Below are positions 41,790 through 57,089 of a DNA stretch of 64,000 nucleotides, one piece after another. The DNA is taken from assembly GCA_964016885.1 (NCBI GenBank), contig OZ024751.1, positions 47,368,001-47,432,000 of the forward strand. The letters are read 5' to 3'. A program made the translations under genes and the position numbers. The stretch comes from Eledone cirrhosa (taxonomy: Eukaryota). The notes beneath the pieces are model-generated. The model had not been told where the DNA came from, searched no databases, and saw only the letters and a list, made by a program, of their open reading frames with translations. Each line of letters starts with the position of its first letter. Within the stretch, counting starts at the first letter, position 1.

Positions 41790-42498
41790 CCTCTCTCTCA
41801 CCACTCCACCTCTCCACTCGATCGCTCTCTCATTCCTCTATTCCTCCACTCTCCATTCCTCCACACTCTCACTCCTCCACTCTACCACTCCTCCACTCCT
41901 CCACTCCTGCACTCCACCACTCCACCACTCCACCACTCCAGCACTCCTCCACTCCACCACTCCACCACTCCACCACTCCACCACTCCAGCACTCCTCCAC
42001 TCCACCACTCCACCACTCCACCACTCCAGCACTCCAGCACTCCACCACTCCATCACTCCACCACTCCACCACTCCAGCACTCCTCCACTTCACCACTCCA
42101 CCACTCCACCACTCCACCACTCCACCACTTCACCACTCCACCACTCCAGCACTCCACCACTCCTCCACTCCACCACTCCACCACTCCACCACTCCACCAC
42201 TCCTCCACTCCACCTCTCCTCCACTCCACCACTCCACCACTCCTCCACTCCACCACTCCACCACTCCACCACTCCACCACTCCACCACTCCACCACTCCA
42301 CCACTCCATCACTCCACCACTCCTCCACTTCACCACTCCACCACTCCACCACTCCACCACTCCACCACTCCACCACTCCTCCACTCCACCACTCCACCAC
42401 TCCACCACTCCACCACTCCACCACTCCACCACTCCTCCACTACACCACTCCACCACTCCACCACTCCACCTCTCCTCCACTCCACCACTCCTCCACTC
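41790..42498. repeat. 8-bp (CCACTCCA)n minisatellite
   Basis: Direct reading; source of the HSTTPPL and VEWWSGG ORFs. Confidence 0.95.
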
Positions 42499-42668
42499 AA
42501 TAAACAACTGCTAAAGCAAACAAACAAACACCACAGCCATACCTCTGTCTCACAACTGGAAGTGAACTTCAATATTGGAGTTGTTAATGAATCCGTTTTA
42601 CAAGAATCACACTTACATGGATTACATATAGAGAGACTCACACACACACAGGCACACACACACACAGA

Positions 42669-42765
<97 letters not shown>

Positions 42766-42979
42766 ACACAGGCACACACACACACAGACACACAGAGACA
42801 CAGAGACACAGACACACACACACAGACACACACACACACTCACGCACATACACACACAGACATACACAGGCACACACAGGCACACACACACAGACATACA
42901 CACACAGACACACACAGACACAGAAACACAAGCCCATACACACACACACACAGACACACAGAGACACAGAGACACACAG

Positions 42980-43033
<54 letters not shown>

Positions 43034-43196
43034 GTGTATAGATATCGATGTAAATCATGTCAAATTATATGAATAGACAATACTACTTTCAACAAATATG
43101 TATATATATATATATATATATACATATATATGTGTGTATATATATATATATATACTATATATATAAGTATATATATATATATATACTATATATATA

Positions 43197-43234
<38 letters not shown>

Positions 43235-43249
43235 CATATATTATATATA

Positions 43250-43312
<63 letters not shown>

Positions 43313-43333
43313 ATATACATATATATATATACT

Positions 43334-43367
<34 letters not shown>

Positions 43368-43377
43368 CATATATACT

Positions 43378-43455
<78 letters not shown>

Positions 43456-43457
43456 CT

Positions 43458-43505
<48 letters not shown>

Positions 43506-43507
43506 CT

Positions 43508-43539
<32 letters not shown>

Positions 43540-43693
43540 GTAATAATAATAAATTTGAAGACTAAAATCCAAAGAGGGCTCGATAAGGATAAATATATAT
43601 CAAATATATAAGAACCGTAGAGCAAATATATATTAAAATAACAGATTAAAGTTTAAGCAAAGAATCGCTGCTTTCACCCTTAACGGGATCTTA

Positions 43694-43834
<141 letters not shown>

Positions 43835-43972
43835 ACATATTTATGTTGTACAGTCGAAGTATTTCTTGTAATCACTCTTGCTAATGTTTTCTTATTGTTG
43901 TTGGTCTCCATTGTTATGTTTTTATCCTTTGTGAAACGTTTGTAATAACTTCACTTTTAGCACTTTCCATGG

Positions 43973-44026
<54 letters not shown>

Positions 44027-44090
44027 ATGGAAATATATATATATATATAAGATATTAAACAAATGGAAACTATATTTATAAAACCATATT

Positions 44091-44156
44091 TATTTCATTA
44101 TACATATTTCGGGGATACCATATTAAAAATATGGCATGCCTTCTTCAGATAAAATA
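44091..44156 (-). ncRNA. Hammerhead ribozyme, family A
   Basis: UAUUUUAU-CUGAAGA-AGGCAUGCCAUAUU...AAUAUGGUAUCCCC-GAAA uaugua UA-AUGAAAUA. Confidence 0.8.
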
Positions 44157-44816
44157 CAATATATAACCAGTTTTATAAATAAATTTGACGTACCATAAAT
44201 ATTGATCAACTTTTATGTAAGAAGTTGGTTTGGTAGTGAAATGTTTATAAATATTTAGTGTTAAGCACAGTTAAAAAGAAAGACGGAGAAAAAGAAGAAA
44301 TGTATGTAAAGAAAAACAGAGAGAAATAGAGAGAGATAGGGGAGAGAGAAATAGTGAGGAGGTGAAAAAAGAGAGCAGCTGAGGCAACAGATGAATAATA
44401 ATAATTCATCATACAAATTGAGAGATTTAGGAGGGAGGGAGTACTGTACTTATTTAGTTATAGTGTTAAGGAGACGGAGAGAAATAAAAAATGAAGAGAA
44501 AACAGAGAGAGAGAGAGAAAGATAGAGGTGGGGAAAAAAGAGGTAGACCAAATAATAATAATTATTATATATATATATATATATATAAACCATGGAAAGT
44601 CCTAAAAGTGAAGAGTTATTACAAACGTTTCACAAAGGAAAAAAACATAACAATGGAGACCAACAACAATAAGAAAACATTAGCAAGAGTGATTACAAGA
44701 AATACTTCGACTGTACAACATAAATATGTTGTACATATATATATATGTATGTTAAGATCCCGTTAAGGGTGAAAGCAGCGATTCTTTGCTTAAACTTTAA
44801 TCTGTTATTTTAATAA

Positions 44817-44877
<61 letters not shown>

Positions 44878-44980
44878 TACACATATATATGTATGTATAC
44901 GTATGTATATTTCTATTTTAGCAATTTCATCTGAATAACTTCGTGTTTGACGGAATATTGGAGATGCCGTTGTGCGTATT

Positions 44981-45012
<32 letters not shown>

Positions 45013-45082
45013 TGTATGTATGTATGTATGTATGTATGTATGTATGTATGTATGCATGGATGCATGTATGTATGTATGTATG

Positions 45083-45111
<29 letters not shown>

Positions 45112-45113
<2 letters not shown>

Positions 45114-45718
45114 CAGGTCACCAGTTGGTGCTAGTGGTAACATGTATCCCAGTACAACCTGTCTCATGGTCGGGTCGTTGGCGACTAAACTGGCAACCCC
45201 ACCAAGGTTTCTTGGTGAGGAGGGTGACTTTGGACATCCTGCAGGACTAAAAACAAAACCTGTCAAAGGGCAAAGGAGCTCTTAAGAGTCAATGGCCATC
45301 CAAAATCACCGGGAGAGATGATCCCTTAGCCTTTGTCAAAGCAGAATTCTAGGAGAAGGAAAACTCTGATATAACACCTGCAACTCTGATGGTATCCAAT
45401 GATGTTGACTTGTTCTTCTTTTTGGTAAATATCATCTTGGTTAAGAGAGTGGGACTGGCTTTGTGCAGTGCCTTTGCTCACTATAAAAGCTTCACTGCAC
45501 AGGCATTGCTTTATATCTGGAGATCTCTCTGCACTCGTCGTCACATGGTACCATGGGCCCAGCACTATGTGTCAATAATTGTCACAAGTGTAGTGTTTGT
45601 ACCAGAGTTTTCAAGTCGCTGGCTGTTAAAAAAGTCACACACGTTCAGCGCATCGGTAAGGGTTCTCCTACATGGACATAAAGTAGTGGCCGTACTCGAA
45701 AACGAGTTGGCAGCCACC

Positions 45719-45720
<2 letters not shown>
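45112..45720 (+). mobile_element. Bipartite non-autonomous RTE derivative
   Basis: RTE-like 5'UTR joined directly to a frameshifted terminal C2H2 remnant (CSVCTRVFKSLA..KSHTRSAHR*), a 3' stem-loop CTCG-AAAA-CGAG and a (TATG)n tail. Confidence 0.7.
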
Positions 45721-45749
<29 letters not shown>

Positions 45750-46027
45750 TGTATGTATGTATGTATGTATGTATGTATGTATGCATGTATGCATGTATAT
45801 TTTTTATTAATTTTGACCGGCCACCTTCTCGGTGGCAAAGTTTTAAAGAAAAGAAAATTTTGTCATCCCTGGTGAAATCGTTTATCCTTTTACATTAAAG
45901 ATTTTGTAAGTTGCAGATAGCGTGGCCATTTGTAGCTTATGAATTAAGGAGCTGCCTTCTTTCTCCAAGAAGTTATAAACCATTATAATTGTTATTGACA
46001 GAATCAAAACGAATCAACCGCCAAATA

Positions 46028-46429
46028 TAATGATTTCTGCTATAGGCACAAGGCCAGCAATTTGGCGGGAGGGAAAAGTCGATTAAATCGACCCCAGTAC
46101 ATTACTGATACTTTATTTTATCAACCTCGTAAGAATGAAAGGCAAAGCTAACCTCGGCAGGATTTGAACTCAGATCATAAAAGAGCGTAACTCTATGCTG
46201 CAAAGCTTCATGTCCTACGCTCTACCAATACTGCCAAAATATAATTGTTTCTACTTTAGGCACAAGGCCAGCAATTACCCAGTACATTACTGGTACTTTA
46301 TTTTATCGACCCCGTAAGGATGAAAGGCAAAGTTAACCTCGGCGGGATTTGAACTCAGACTGTAAAGGGACGTAACTATGCTAGAAAGCATGGCGTCCAA
46401 CCCTCTACCGATACTGCCAATTCACCGCC
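46028..46429 (-). mobile_element. Two tandem family 1 SINEs (long and short variant)
   Basis: 46028-46237 and 46242-46429. Confidence 0.9.
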
Positions 46430-46874
46430 AAAATATAATGAAGGTTGTATAGATAATTCAATTGACTGCACAAATCTATTACTGGAGTAAGAAAAGTCAA
46501 CAAAGAAGAAAATACAATACAATGATGGTATATAAGTTTAACGCTTGAAATAGCTGGAAAAAAGTCTTAACGTTTCGGACATCAATCCTTCATCGATATA
46601 CAGAAAAAAAGAGAGGAGAGAGACTGTTTGGAAGGGAAAAGAAAGAATATTTGGAAGAGAGAAGAAATAAGAAAACGATGAATAGGGCTGGGAAAAACGA
46701 AATCTCGCGTTATGTTAATCAGCCATCTTGAAAAATAGGGTAGGGTAGGTACTTGTTTTATCGAATCGCCAAAAAGTCAAAAGTAAATCTAACATCGATA
46801 CTATCTGGGTTCGAACTCAAAATATCAAAGAAAGAATCAATATAATGGTGGAAGTTGTATTTATTAGCGATGGT

Positions 46875-47685
46875 GATATTTGTAGTAGAGATGTTGATAG
46901 TAGTAGTAGTAGTAGTAGTACTAGTTGTGGTTGTGCTGTTGTTGGTAGTAGTAGTAGTTGTAGTAGTAATAGTACTAGTTGTGGTTGTGCTGTTGTTGGT
47001 AGTAGTAGTAGTAGTTGTAGTAGTAATAGTAGTAGCAGCAACAGCAGCAGTAGTAGTAGTTGTAGTAGTAGTGGTTGTGTTACTGTTGGTGGTAGTAGAA
47101 GTAGTTGTAGTAGTAGTGGTTGTGTTACTGTTGGTGGTAGTAGAAGTAGTTGTAGTAGTAGTGGTTGTGTTATTGTTGGTGGTAGTAGTAATAGTAGTAT
47201 TGATGGTGATGGTAGTCGTAATAGCAGTAGTGGTGGTGGTGGTAGTAGTAATAGTAGTAGTGGTGGTGGTGGTAGTAGTAATAGTAGTAGTGATGGTGGT
47301 GGTCGTCGTAATAGTAGTAGTGCTGATAGTAGTAATAGTAGTAGTGGTGGTGCTGGTGGTAGTAATAGTAGTAGTGGTAGTAGTAGTAGTAGTAATAGTA
47401 GTAGTGGTGGTGGTGGTAGTAGTAATAGTAGTAGTGGTGGTGGTGGTAGTAGTAATAGTAGTAGTGATGGTGGTGGTGGTCGTAATAGTAGTAGTGGTGA
47501 TAGTAGTAATAGTAGTAGTGGTGGTGGTGGTAGAATTAATAGTAGTGGTGGTGGTGGTGGTAGTAGTAATAGTAGTAGTGGTGGTGGTGGTAGTAGTAAT
47601 AGTAGTAGTGGTAGTGGTAGTAGTAGTAGTAACAGTAGTAGTGGTGGTGGTGGTAGTAGTAATAGTAGTAGTGGTGGTGGTGTTA
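46875..47685. repeat. (GTA)n/(GTG)n compound trinucleotide repeat
   Basis: Direct reading. Confidence 0.95.
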
Positions 47686-47956
47686 GGCCATTGATGTGTT
47701 GTGCCTACCAATAGATGAGTAGATAAACAGTTAAACAGATATCCACTGTTTGATATTACATAATATATGCATGTATTTCATACGGTTGTAGAATAAACAG
47801 TTTATCAAAGTATTTCTAAACACACACACACAGGCACACACACACACACACGCACCCCCCCCCACACACACACAGACACACATAGACACACATACACACA
47901 GACACACAGATACACAGACACACACATTCACACACAGACACACGAACACACACATT

Positions 47957-47988
<32 letters not shown>

Positions 47989-48094
47989 TATATACACATG
48001 AAAATCTTTGATGCCGTTGCTCCAGTGTAGCCACAGTGTAATGGCTGAAATCAACAAAAGATTATATATATATAGTCTTTTGTTGATTTTATTG

Positions 48095-48136
<42 letters not shown>

Positions 48137-48174
48137 TTATATATACGTGTGTAGAAATATGTAGAAATAAATAC

Positions 48175-48239
<65 letters not shown>

Positions 48240-48279
48240 CATATATATGTGTGTGTGTGAGTATATAGATGTAGAAATA

Positions 48280-48352
<73 letters not shown>

Positions 48353-48673
48353 ATATATGTGTGTGTGTGTATATGTGTTTATGACGGTATATGTTTGCCA
48401 GTGATATCTATTTGTCTCGCCATTTATATTTGCTTACTCCATCTTTGTCTTGCTCGCCCCACCCCCTTTCTCTCACATATCTATCTGTCTACTCATCGAT
48501 CTATTGACACATCTACCTGTATATCTGTTTGTATAGGTATCTAATACAACCTTGAATAAGTTTTCTCTCTTTCATCATATATCGACTTATAAAAAATTAT
48601 ACCTCACTCATCTTGAATATATGATATATGATATATGATATATTATATATCATATACTTTGCTGTATGCTTGA

Positions 48674-48707
<34 letters not shown>

Positions 48708-48708
48708 A

Positions 48709-48783
<75 letters not shown>

Positions 48784-49018
48784 AAATCTACATCTATTTC
48801 CATTTATCGATACAAATATGCACAAACACACAAATATCTATCTATCTATATACATATCTATATCTATCTATATACATATATATATGCAGAGGTTATATTT
48901 AATTTGTTGGGATTCAACAAGCTTAAACATTTTATAACTGATTTAAAGCACTCAACAAGTTAGTGGAGTAAATATTCAATATATTAATAAATGGAAACTA
49001 TATTTATAAAACCATAAT

Positions 49019-49084
49019 TATTTTATTATATATATTTCAAGGACAACCAAGGCAAATTATGGTGCGCTTTCATCAGATAAAATA
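49019..49084 (-). ncRNA. Hammerhead ribozyme, family A
   Basis: UAUUUUAU-CUGAUGA-stem II-GAAA uauaua UA-AUAAAAUA. Confidence 0.8.
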
Positions 49085-49188
49085 CAGATTTGTTTTATAA
49101 AAGACAACCTTAACGGTTGAAGCGAACTTCAACCGTTAAGGTTGTCTTTTTTCCGGCTATGTCAATATTTATTTATAAAACAAATCTG

Positions 49189-49254
49189 TATTTTATCTGA
49201 TGAAACCGCACCATAATTTGCCTTGGTTGCCCTTGAAATATATATAATAAAATA
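49189..49254 (+). ncRNA. Hammerhead ribozyme, family A
   Basis: CTGATGA at 49197-49203, GAAA at 49235-49238, perfect 8-bp stem I. Confidence 0.8.
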
Positions 49255-49288
49255 ATTATGGTTTTATAAATATAGTTGCCATTTATTA

Positions 49289-49319
<31 letters not shown>

Positions 49320-49349
49320 GTCTATCTATCTGTTTACTCATATGTGTAT

Positions 49350-49599
<250 letters not shown>

Positions 49600-50090
49600 G
49601 TATAAACATCACTATCTACTACAAACACACACATACTTGCATGCTGTCATACAAACAAACACATTGGTACCGACTTATGCATACACATGCATACGTGCAC
49701 ATATATAAATACATGGTCCCCATCCTTTAACGAGACCGACGTGTTTTTAACTTGAAACTGCTGGTAATACAGAAGTACCTCAATGTATGAGTGTTTCCAT
49801 GCATTATATAAATATATATATATATATATAAAAAATGTTGGGGAGAAGAATACTGCAGGTTGCACACGGATAACATGTTATAAAATGAGTCCCTCATCAG
49901 TGATTTACCAACGATCATGGGTATTTCATCGCATTAAAAATCATATACCTCACGTTGGAAGCTAACCGAAGATGGAAATAAACACAAGCAACATGGTTAT
50001 TCTTTCAGCATAAGCTGTGTGAATATATGCGCGAGTTGCAAACAGACCTTTCACTAGTGAATCCGATGTTAGAAAGAAGGAAGGAAAATC

Positions 50091-50129
<39 letters not shown>

Positions 50130-50132
50130 TAT

Positions 50133-50167
<35 letters not shown>

Positions 50168-50561
50168 TATGTTTATATATATATATATATATATATATTT
50201 ATTTATTTATTAAAATAACAGATTAAAGTTTAAGCAAAGAATCGGTGCTTTCACCCTTAACGGGATCTTCTGAAAGTTTCAGGATCTTCTGTTATTTTAA
50301 TAAATATTTGCTCTAGGGTTCTTATATATTTGATAAATATTTATCCTCATCGAGCCCTCTTTGGATTTTAGTCTTCAAATTTATTATTATTACTATATAT
50401 ATATTCATTCTATATATATATATTCATTCTAAAAGAATGAAACAGTTCTAGTCCTGTAGAATCTCATCTATATTAAAACTTTTATACTCTGCAATGTATT
50501 GAGTACCTTACTGACTGTGGTTACCTCCGATTCAACCCGGAATAACGTACGTATATATATC

Positions 50562-50762
<201 letters not shown>

Positions 50763-50802
50763 GTATGTGTGTGTGTGTGTGTGTGTCTGTGCGTGTACGT
50801 TG

Positions 50803-51002
50803 AAGGCGCGTGAATTCGATTCGTAATCGTGAGGTTTTCAGTTCGATTCCTGGATCGGGCGATGCGTATGTCCTTGAGCAAGGAACTTTATTTCATGTTG
50901 CTCCTTCTACCTGGAGTTGCGAGCGATAGAGTATTAGCAACCGGAAAGACCAATGGAAACATTGCTTCCTCGGTCCGATTTGACGAAAGTCGATCGACTG
51001 TC
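50803..51002 (+). mobile_element. tRNA-derived SINE (family 2)
   Basis: B box GTTCGATTCC; body homologous to 6578-6788. Confidence 0.85.
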
Positions 51003-51405
51003 GATGTATGTATGGATTCAAAATAGCAAATTAAACACACACGTACTTTCCTCATGGAAGCAATCTTTTCTATTTCTTCCTTTTTATACCCTCGACTATT
51101 TCTTTTTCTATCCCTTATTCTATCTCTTAGCCTATCTTTTATTCTTTCTCTTGTTCCAATGAAAGAATAACGTCCGAAACTTTAAAACTATTTTTCTACT
51201 ATATCAAACGTTAAACTAATGTCTATAAGCAATGTATTGCGTTGTTTTCCCTCAATGACGTTTTACACACTCTGACATATACACTACACAGGAACATACA
51301 CAGAATAATACACAGGAACATACACAGAATAATACACAGGAACATACACAGGAATATACACACACATGCTCCCACACATGAATGTATAATTTATATATGC
51401 ATGAG

Positions 51406-51455
<50 letters not shown>

Positions 51456-51724
51456 TATACACATACAAAAATGCATATATAGATCTACACTCAGCCAAAT
51501 AGATCTGCACACACGTATATCTATATCTATATATATATATATATAAACAGATTTATACACACCTATGTTTCTGTGTATATATACAGGCATTAATGTCTGG
51601 CTAGACGTTTCATCCTGTTGACACGTTACAGTCACAGACTGACTTCAAATATAGGAATATTGGAATCATTTACTTCATTAATCGTATGCATCACACACAC
51701 ACACATACACACACACATATATAT

Positions 51725-51801
<77 letters not shown>

Positions 51802-51878
51802 CACATACATATATCAAGAGCTTGAAACTAATAAACCTTTGTTTGTACCGCCTCTCTGTTTTGTTCCCGTTCCATTTT

Positions 51879-52623
<745 letters not shown>

Positions 52624-52942
52624 TCACACATATATATTATATATCACGCACACATACATTTTTTCACCCTTCTTAGAATCCGTACATTTTTTTCTTCTAA
52701 ATATTCATTTGTATTTTATTTCGGGACACATTACAGACTGATACTGAATAAGCAAACATTTCTCATTGACCTAAGCGACTATTATGTTTAGTTTGAAGAT
52801 TCTGTCTACTGACAATGTTACTGTACAACAAAGGTTACGACCAGGATCTACGAATCTTTTGAACAGATTTCAACAATCCCTCTAACTAGAGGTTTAAATA
52901 GTTTTATTGATACTGTATGTACTGAAGCAGAGAGACGTTTGT

Positions 52943-53044
<102 letters not shown>

Positions 53045-53281
53045 TCTGTATATGTGTGTGTGCGCGTCTGTGTCTCTGTGTGTGTGTGTGTGTGTGTTCA
53101 TGTGTGTGTATGTGTGTTTGTGCCTGTGTGTGTATCAGCGAGTGCGTGAGTATGTGTATATGAGTGTTTGTATTTCTGTCGTTCTATTTGTGTTTGTGAG
53201 AGTGTGAGAGTGTGAGAGTGTGTATATGTGTGTGTGTGTGAGAAAGAGTGGGAATGTGTGTTTGCGAGCGTATTTCTATGT

Positions 53282-53503
53282 GCAGAAGCGGTGGAGCATT
53301 TCTGAACTGGGGATGTGTGTTGTAGTGATTAGTTTAGCTCTTTCCACTCTAAAATGGTCAGAAAACCTCGATATGCGATAAACATAACTTGTACATAAAT
53401 TGTAGCGCATATCCAAATAGATGTGTGTTTGGGTATTTTGGGGAGAAAATATAATTATTGGAGGGGGGTATGCCCTCCCCCCATCCCAGTTCCACCGCCA
53501 CAG
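53282..53503. mobile_element. MITE with GC-rich terminal inverted repeats
   Basis: GCGGTGGAGC...GTTCCACCGC termini; interior homologous to 63626-63880. Confidence 0.7.
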
Positions 53504-53614
53504 TGTATATATAATTAAAAAAAATATTCTCTGTATCCTTTCCTAAGGGGTTAATATATCGAGTTTCTTTGCATTTGGAAAGAAACTGGTATTATACTCA
53601 ATTTATTCATTTCC

Positions 53615-53689
<75 letters not shown>

Positions 53690-53729
53690 ATATATATATA
53701 TATATATATATATATAGATAGATAAAGGA

Positions 53730-53832
53730 AAAGAGTCAGGCCCCCGACGGCTGAATTCCGGCCGTTTCGACAGTATCGAGTACTTTGGTACGTTATGGTC
53801 CACCTGGTTACTTACTACACTTCCTTCGTTAT
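53730..53832. repeat. Family C remnant (rearranged)
   Basis: CCCCGACGGCTGA..GCCGTTTCGAC joined to GAGTACTTTGGT...TTTCCTTCGTTATA. Confidence 0.7.
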
Positions 53833-53835
53833 ATG

Positions 53836-53882
<47 letters not shown>

Positions 53883-54121
53883 TCATTTATTATGGCTATT
53901 GGTGAGCTTTGTTACTCTTTGTTTCACCTGCGGACTCAGGATCACCAATCTTGTCAGGTGAGTACGCAGGTGAGACTCCAGAGTAAAAAGGCCTAGCAAT
54001 AATAAATGAATATCTAAACTCTACTTCGGTATTGAGTTTTCATTCTTACGTCCGTCAATAATTCACGTACTCTTAGGTCTTGAATAATGCCCCCCCCCCC
54101 CCTCCCCGCTTATTAATTCGG

Positions 54122-54800
54122 CATTAGGTTCCAGGTTCGATCCCTTTAAATGGTTAAAAAGGTTCACTTCGCACTCATTAGGTCCCAGGTTCGATCCCTT
54201 TAAATGGTTAAAAAGGTTCACTACACACTCACTAGGTTCCAGGTTCGATCCCTTTAAATGGTTAAAAAGGTTCACTTCGCACTCATTAGGTCCCAGGTTC
54301 GATCCCTTTAAATGGTTAAAAAGGTTCACTACACACTCACTAGGTCCCATGTTCGATCCCTTTAAATGGTTAAAAAGGTTCACTTCGCACTCACTAGGTC
54401 CCAGGTTCGATCCCTTTAAATGGTTAAAAAGGTTCACTACACACTCACTCGATCCCAGGTTCGATCCCTTTAAATGGTTAAAAAGGTTCACTTCGCACTC
54501 ATTAGGTCCCAGGTTCGATCCCTTTAAATGGTTAAAAAGGTTCGCTTCGCACTCACTAGGTCCCAGGTTCGATCCCTTTAAATGGTTAAAAAGGTTCGCT
54601 TCGCACTCACTAGGTCCCAGGTTCGATCCCTTTAAATGGTTAAAAAGGTTCACTTCGCACTCATTAGGTCCCAGGTTCGATCCCTTTAAATGGTTAAAAA
54701 GGTTCGCTTCGCACTCATTAGGTCCCAAGTTCGATCCCTTTAAATGGTTAAAAAGGTTCGCTTCGCACTCACTAGGTCCCAGGTTCGATCCCTTTAAATG
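54122..54800 (+). repeat. 54-bp tandem array (~12.5 units) derived from a SINE tRNA head
   Basis: Unit GGTTCGATCCCTTTAAATGGTTAAAAAGGTTCRCTWCRCACTCAYTAGGTCCCA; the last unit continues into a SINE body. Confidence 0.92.
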
Positions 54801-55090
54801 TCATCTTAGGCCAGTGTCGTTTACCACAGTCTCGGGTTGACACGTCTTTTGAATGAAATTGTGTGGATGGAAACTGTGTCGAAGCCCATCAGATGGACTG
54901 TTCCTGTAAATCAAAGGGTCAGCCTTGTCACACACAATGTTACGCTGGATTTCCCTTAAAATCTACGATAAGGGTACACGTGTCTGTGGAATAATCAGCC
55001 ACCTGCACCTTATTTTCATAAACTGGCTGTTTTAATGTGTATGCTGATATAGGTTCTTGTTCTTTTGAACCCTCGTGTCTGTATTGCATC
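54800..55090 (+). mobile_element. SINE body following the array
   Basis: CATCTTAGGCCAGTGTC...GGATGGAAACTGTGTCGAAGCCC, then a segment homologous to 37020-37222. Confidence 0.75.
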
Positions 55091-55221
55091 AAGATCACTA
55101 ATGGCTTTTTATAGATTTATGTGTATATGGTCCTGTATGTGTGTATATATATATATATATATACATAATACATATATATCCATACACTCAAACGCACACA
55201 CACACACACACACACACAAAT

Positions 55222-55258
<37 letters not shown>

Positions 55259-55325
55259 ATATATATATGCATATATACATACATACTACACACGCACACA
55301 CAAATATAAGTATATATATATATAA

Positions 55326-55416
<91 letters not shown>

Positions 55417-55528
55417 TAAAAGGAATTCCAACTTTGTCTGATTTACTAGTTTTATTTACAATCCTTTAAAATTTATAATGGTATTAGAATGAAATAGTAT
55501 GGTAGAATATTAAATGTTAAGTGTTAAT

Positions 55529-55567
55529 TGAACAAGTACTTTCATGCTTTCGCAATCTTCAGGTTCA
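55529..55567 (-). ncRNA. Minimal hammerhead ribozyme (family F, left arm)
   Basis: UGAAC-CUGAAGA-U UGC gaaa GCA U-GAAA guac UU-GUUCA. Confidence 0.85.
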
Positions 55568-55640
55568 TAATGTGTGGTGACTGTCAAGTTTGCAATTTTC
55601 AACAGTTGAACATTGCAAACTTGACAGTCACCACACATTA

Positions 55641-55679
55641 TGAACCTGAAGATTGCGAAAGCATGAAAGTACTTGTTCA
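55641..55679 (+). ncRNA. Minimal hammerhead ribozyme (family F, right arm)
   Basis: Same motif: 5-bp stem I, GNRA-capped stem II, palindromic GUAC stem III loop. Confidence 0.85.
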
Positions 55680-55828
55680 ATTAACACTTAACATTTAATA
55701 TTCTACCATACTATTTCATTCTAATACCATTATACATTTTAAAGGATTGTAAATAAAACTAGTAAATCAGACAAAGTTGGAATTCCTTTTATTAATATAT
55801 ATATATATATATTTATTAAAATAACATA

Positions 55829-55882
<54 letters not shown>

Positions 55883-56053
55883 TAACAGATTAAAGTTTAA
55901 TAAATATTTGCTCTACGGTTCTTATATATCTGTTATATATTTATCCTTATCGAGCTCTCTTTGGATTTTAGTCTTCAAATTTATTATTATTACTATATAT
56001 ATATATAAATATATATTTATCTGTTATTTTAATATATATATATATATATATAT

Positions 56054-56132
<79 letters not shown>

Positions 56133-56668
56133 TCATCATCACCATTTTACGTCCGTTCTTCCACGCTAGCATGTATATATATATGAACAAATATCCAATG
56201 TATTTAATATAAGCAGAAAGCAATTTTTTTTCTTCGCCATTTTCATGCGAAGAAATACAACAACAACAACAACAACAACAAAGACAACAACAATAACAAC
56301 AGCAACAACAAAATAAGATGTGAAATCTAAGTAGAACACAAAACATCCATGGAAATTAATGGAATAAATACTTTGTCATATGAATGGAAATATCGACTGA
56401 ATGGCGAAGAGGGCGATGCAATAAAGAGGTGGTAGTTCATGTTGTATTTATTGATACATGTAAAAGAATATCGTAAAATAATATGGTAAAATAATATGGA
56501 AAAGAGTATGGTAAAAAATGTAGGGTAAATCCTATAATCGTAAGAAAATAAAAACAACACAAATTTTCGTATTTATATATTTATATAGTTTATACAGTCA
56601 TTGTGGTGTTAATAATTCCTTATCGTCTGCTTTCACTCAATGTTAGTTCATTTATTTTTTCAATCTCG

Positions 56669-56855
<187 letters not shown>

Positions 56856-56876
56856 TATATACATATATATACACAC

Positions 56877-56953
<77 letters not shown>

Positions 56954-56978
56954 CACACACACACATATATACATACAT

Positions 56979-57027
<49 letters not shown>

Positions 57028-57036
57028 CATACATAC

Positions 57037-57089
<53 letters not shown>

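Larger units (their letters stand above)
48889..49295. mobile_element. Family A fold-back element with two divergent HHRs
   Basis: 48978-49100 is the reverse complement of 49172-49295; a perfect 24-bp hairpin with a CGAA loop lies at 49099-49150. Confidence 0.9.
55411..55796. repeat. ~190-bp-arm near-perfect palindrome (family F)
   Basis: 55411-55603 is the reverse complement of 55605-55796 with essentially no spacer; (TA)n on both flanks. Confidence 0.95.

Noticed and set aside
41772-42507. HSTTPPL-repeat protein
   Set aside because: An 8-bp minisatellite open in multiple frames on both strands.
46758-47714. Mucin-like poly-Thr/Ser ORFs (also 14610-15428 and 25915-26754)
   Set aside because: Trinucleotide microsatellites open in most frames, with no splice or domain evidence.
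54063-54840. 18-aa repeat protein, or a CRISPR-like array
   Set aside because: Contiguous 54-bp units without unique spacers, no cas genes and a eukaryotic context; the unit is explained as a SINE tRNA head.
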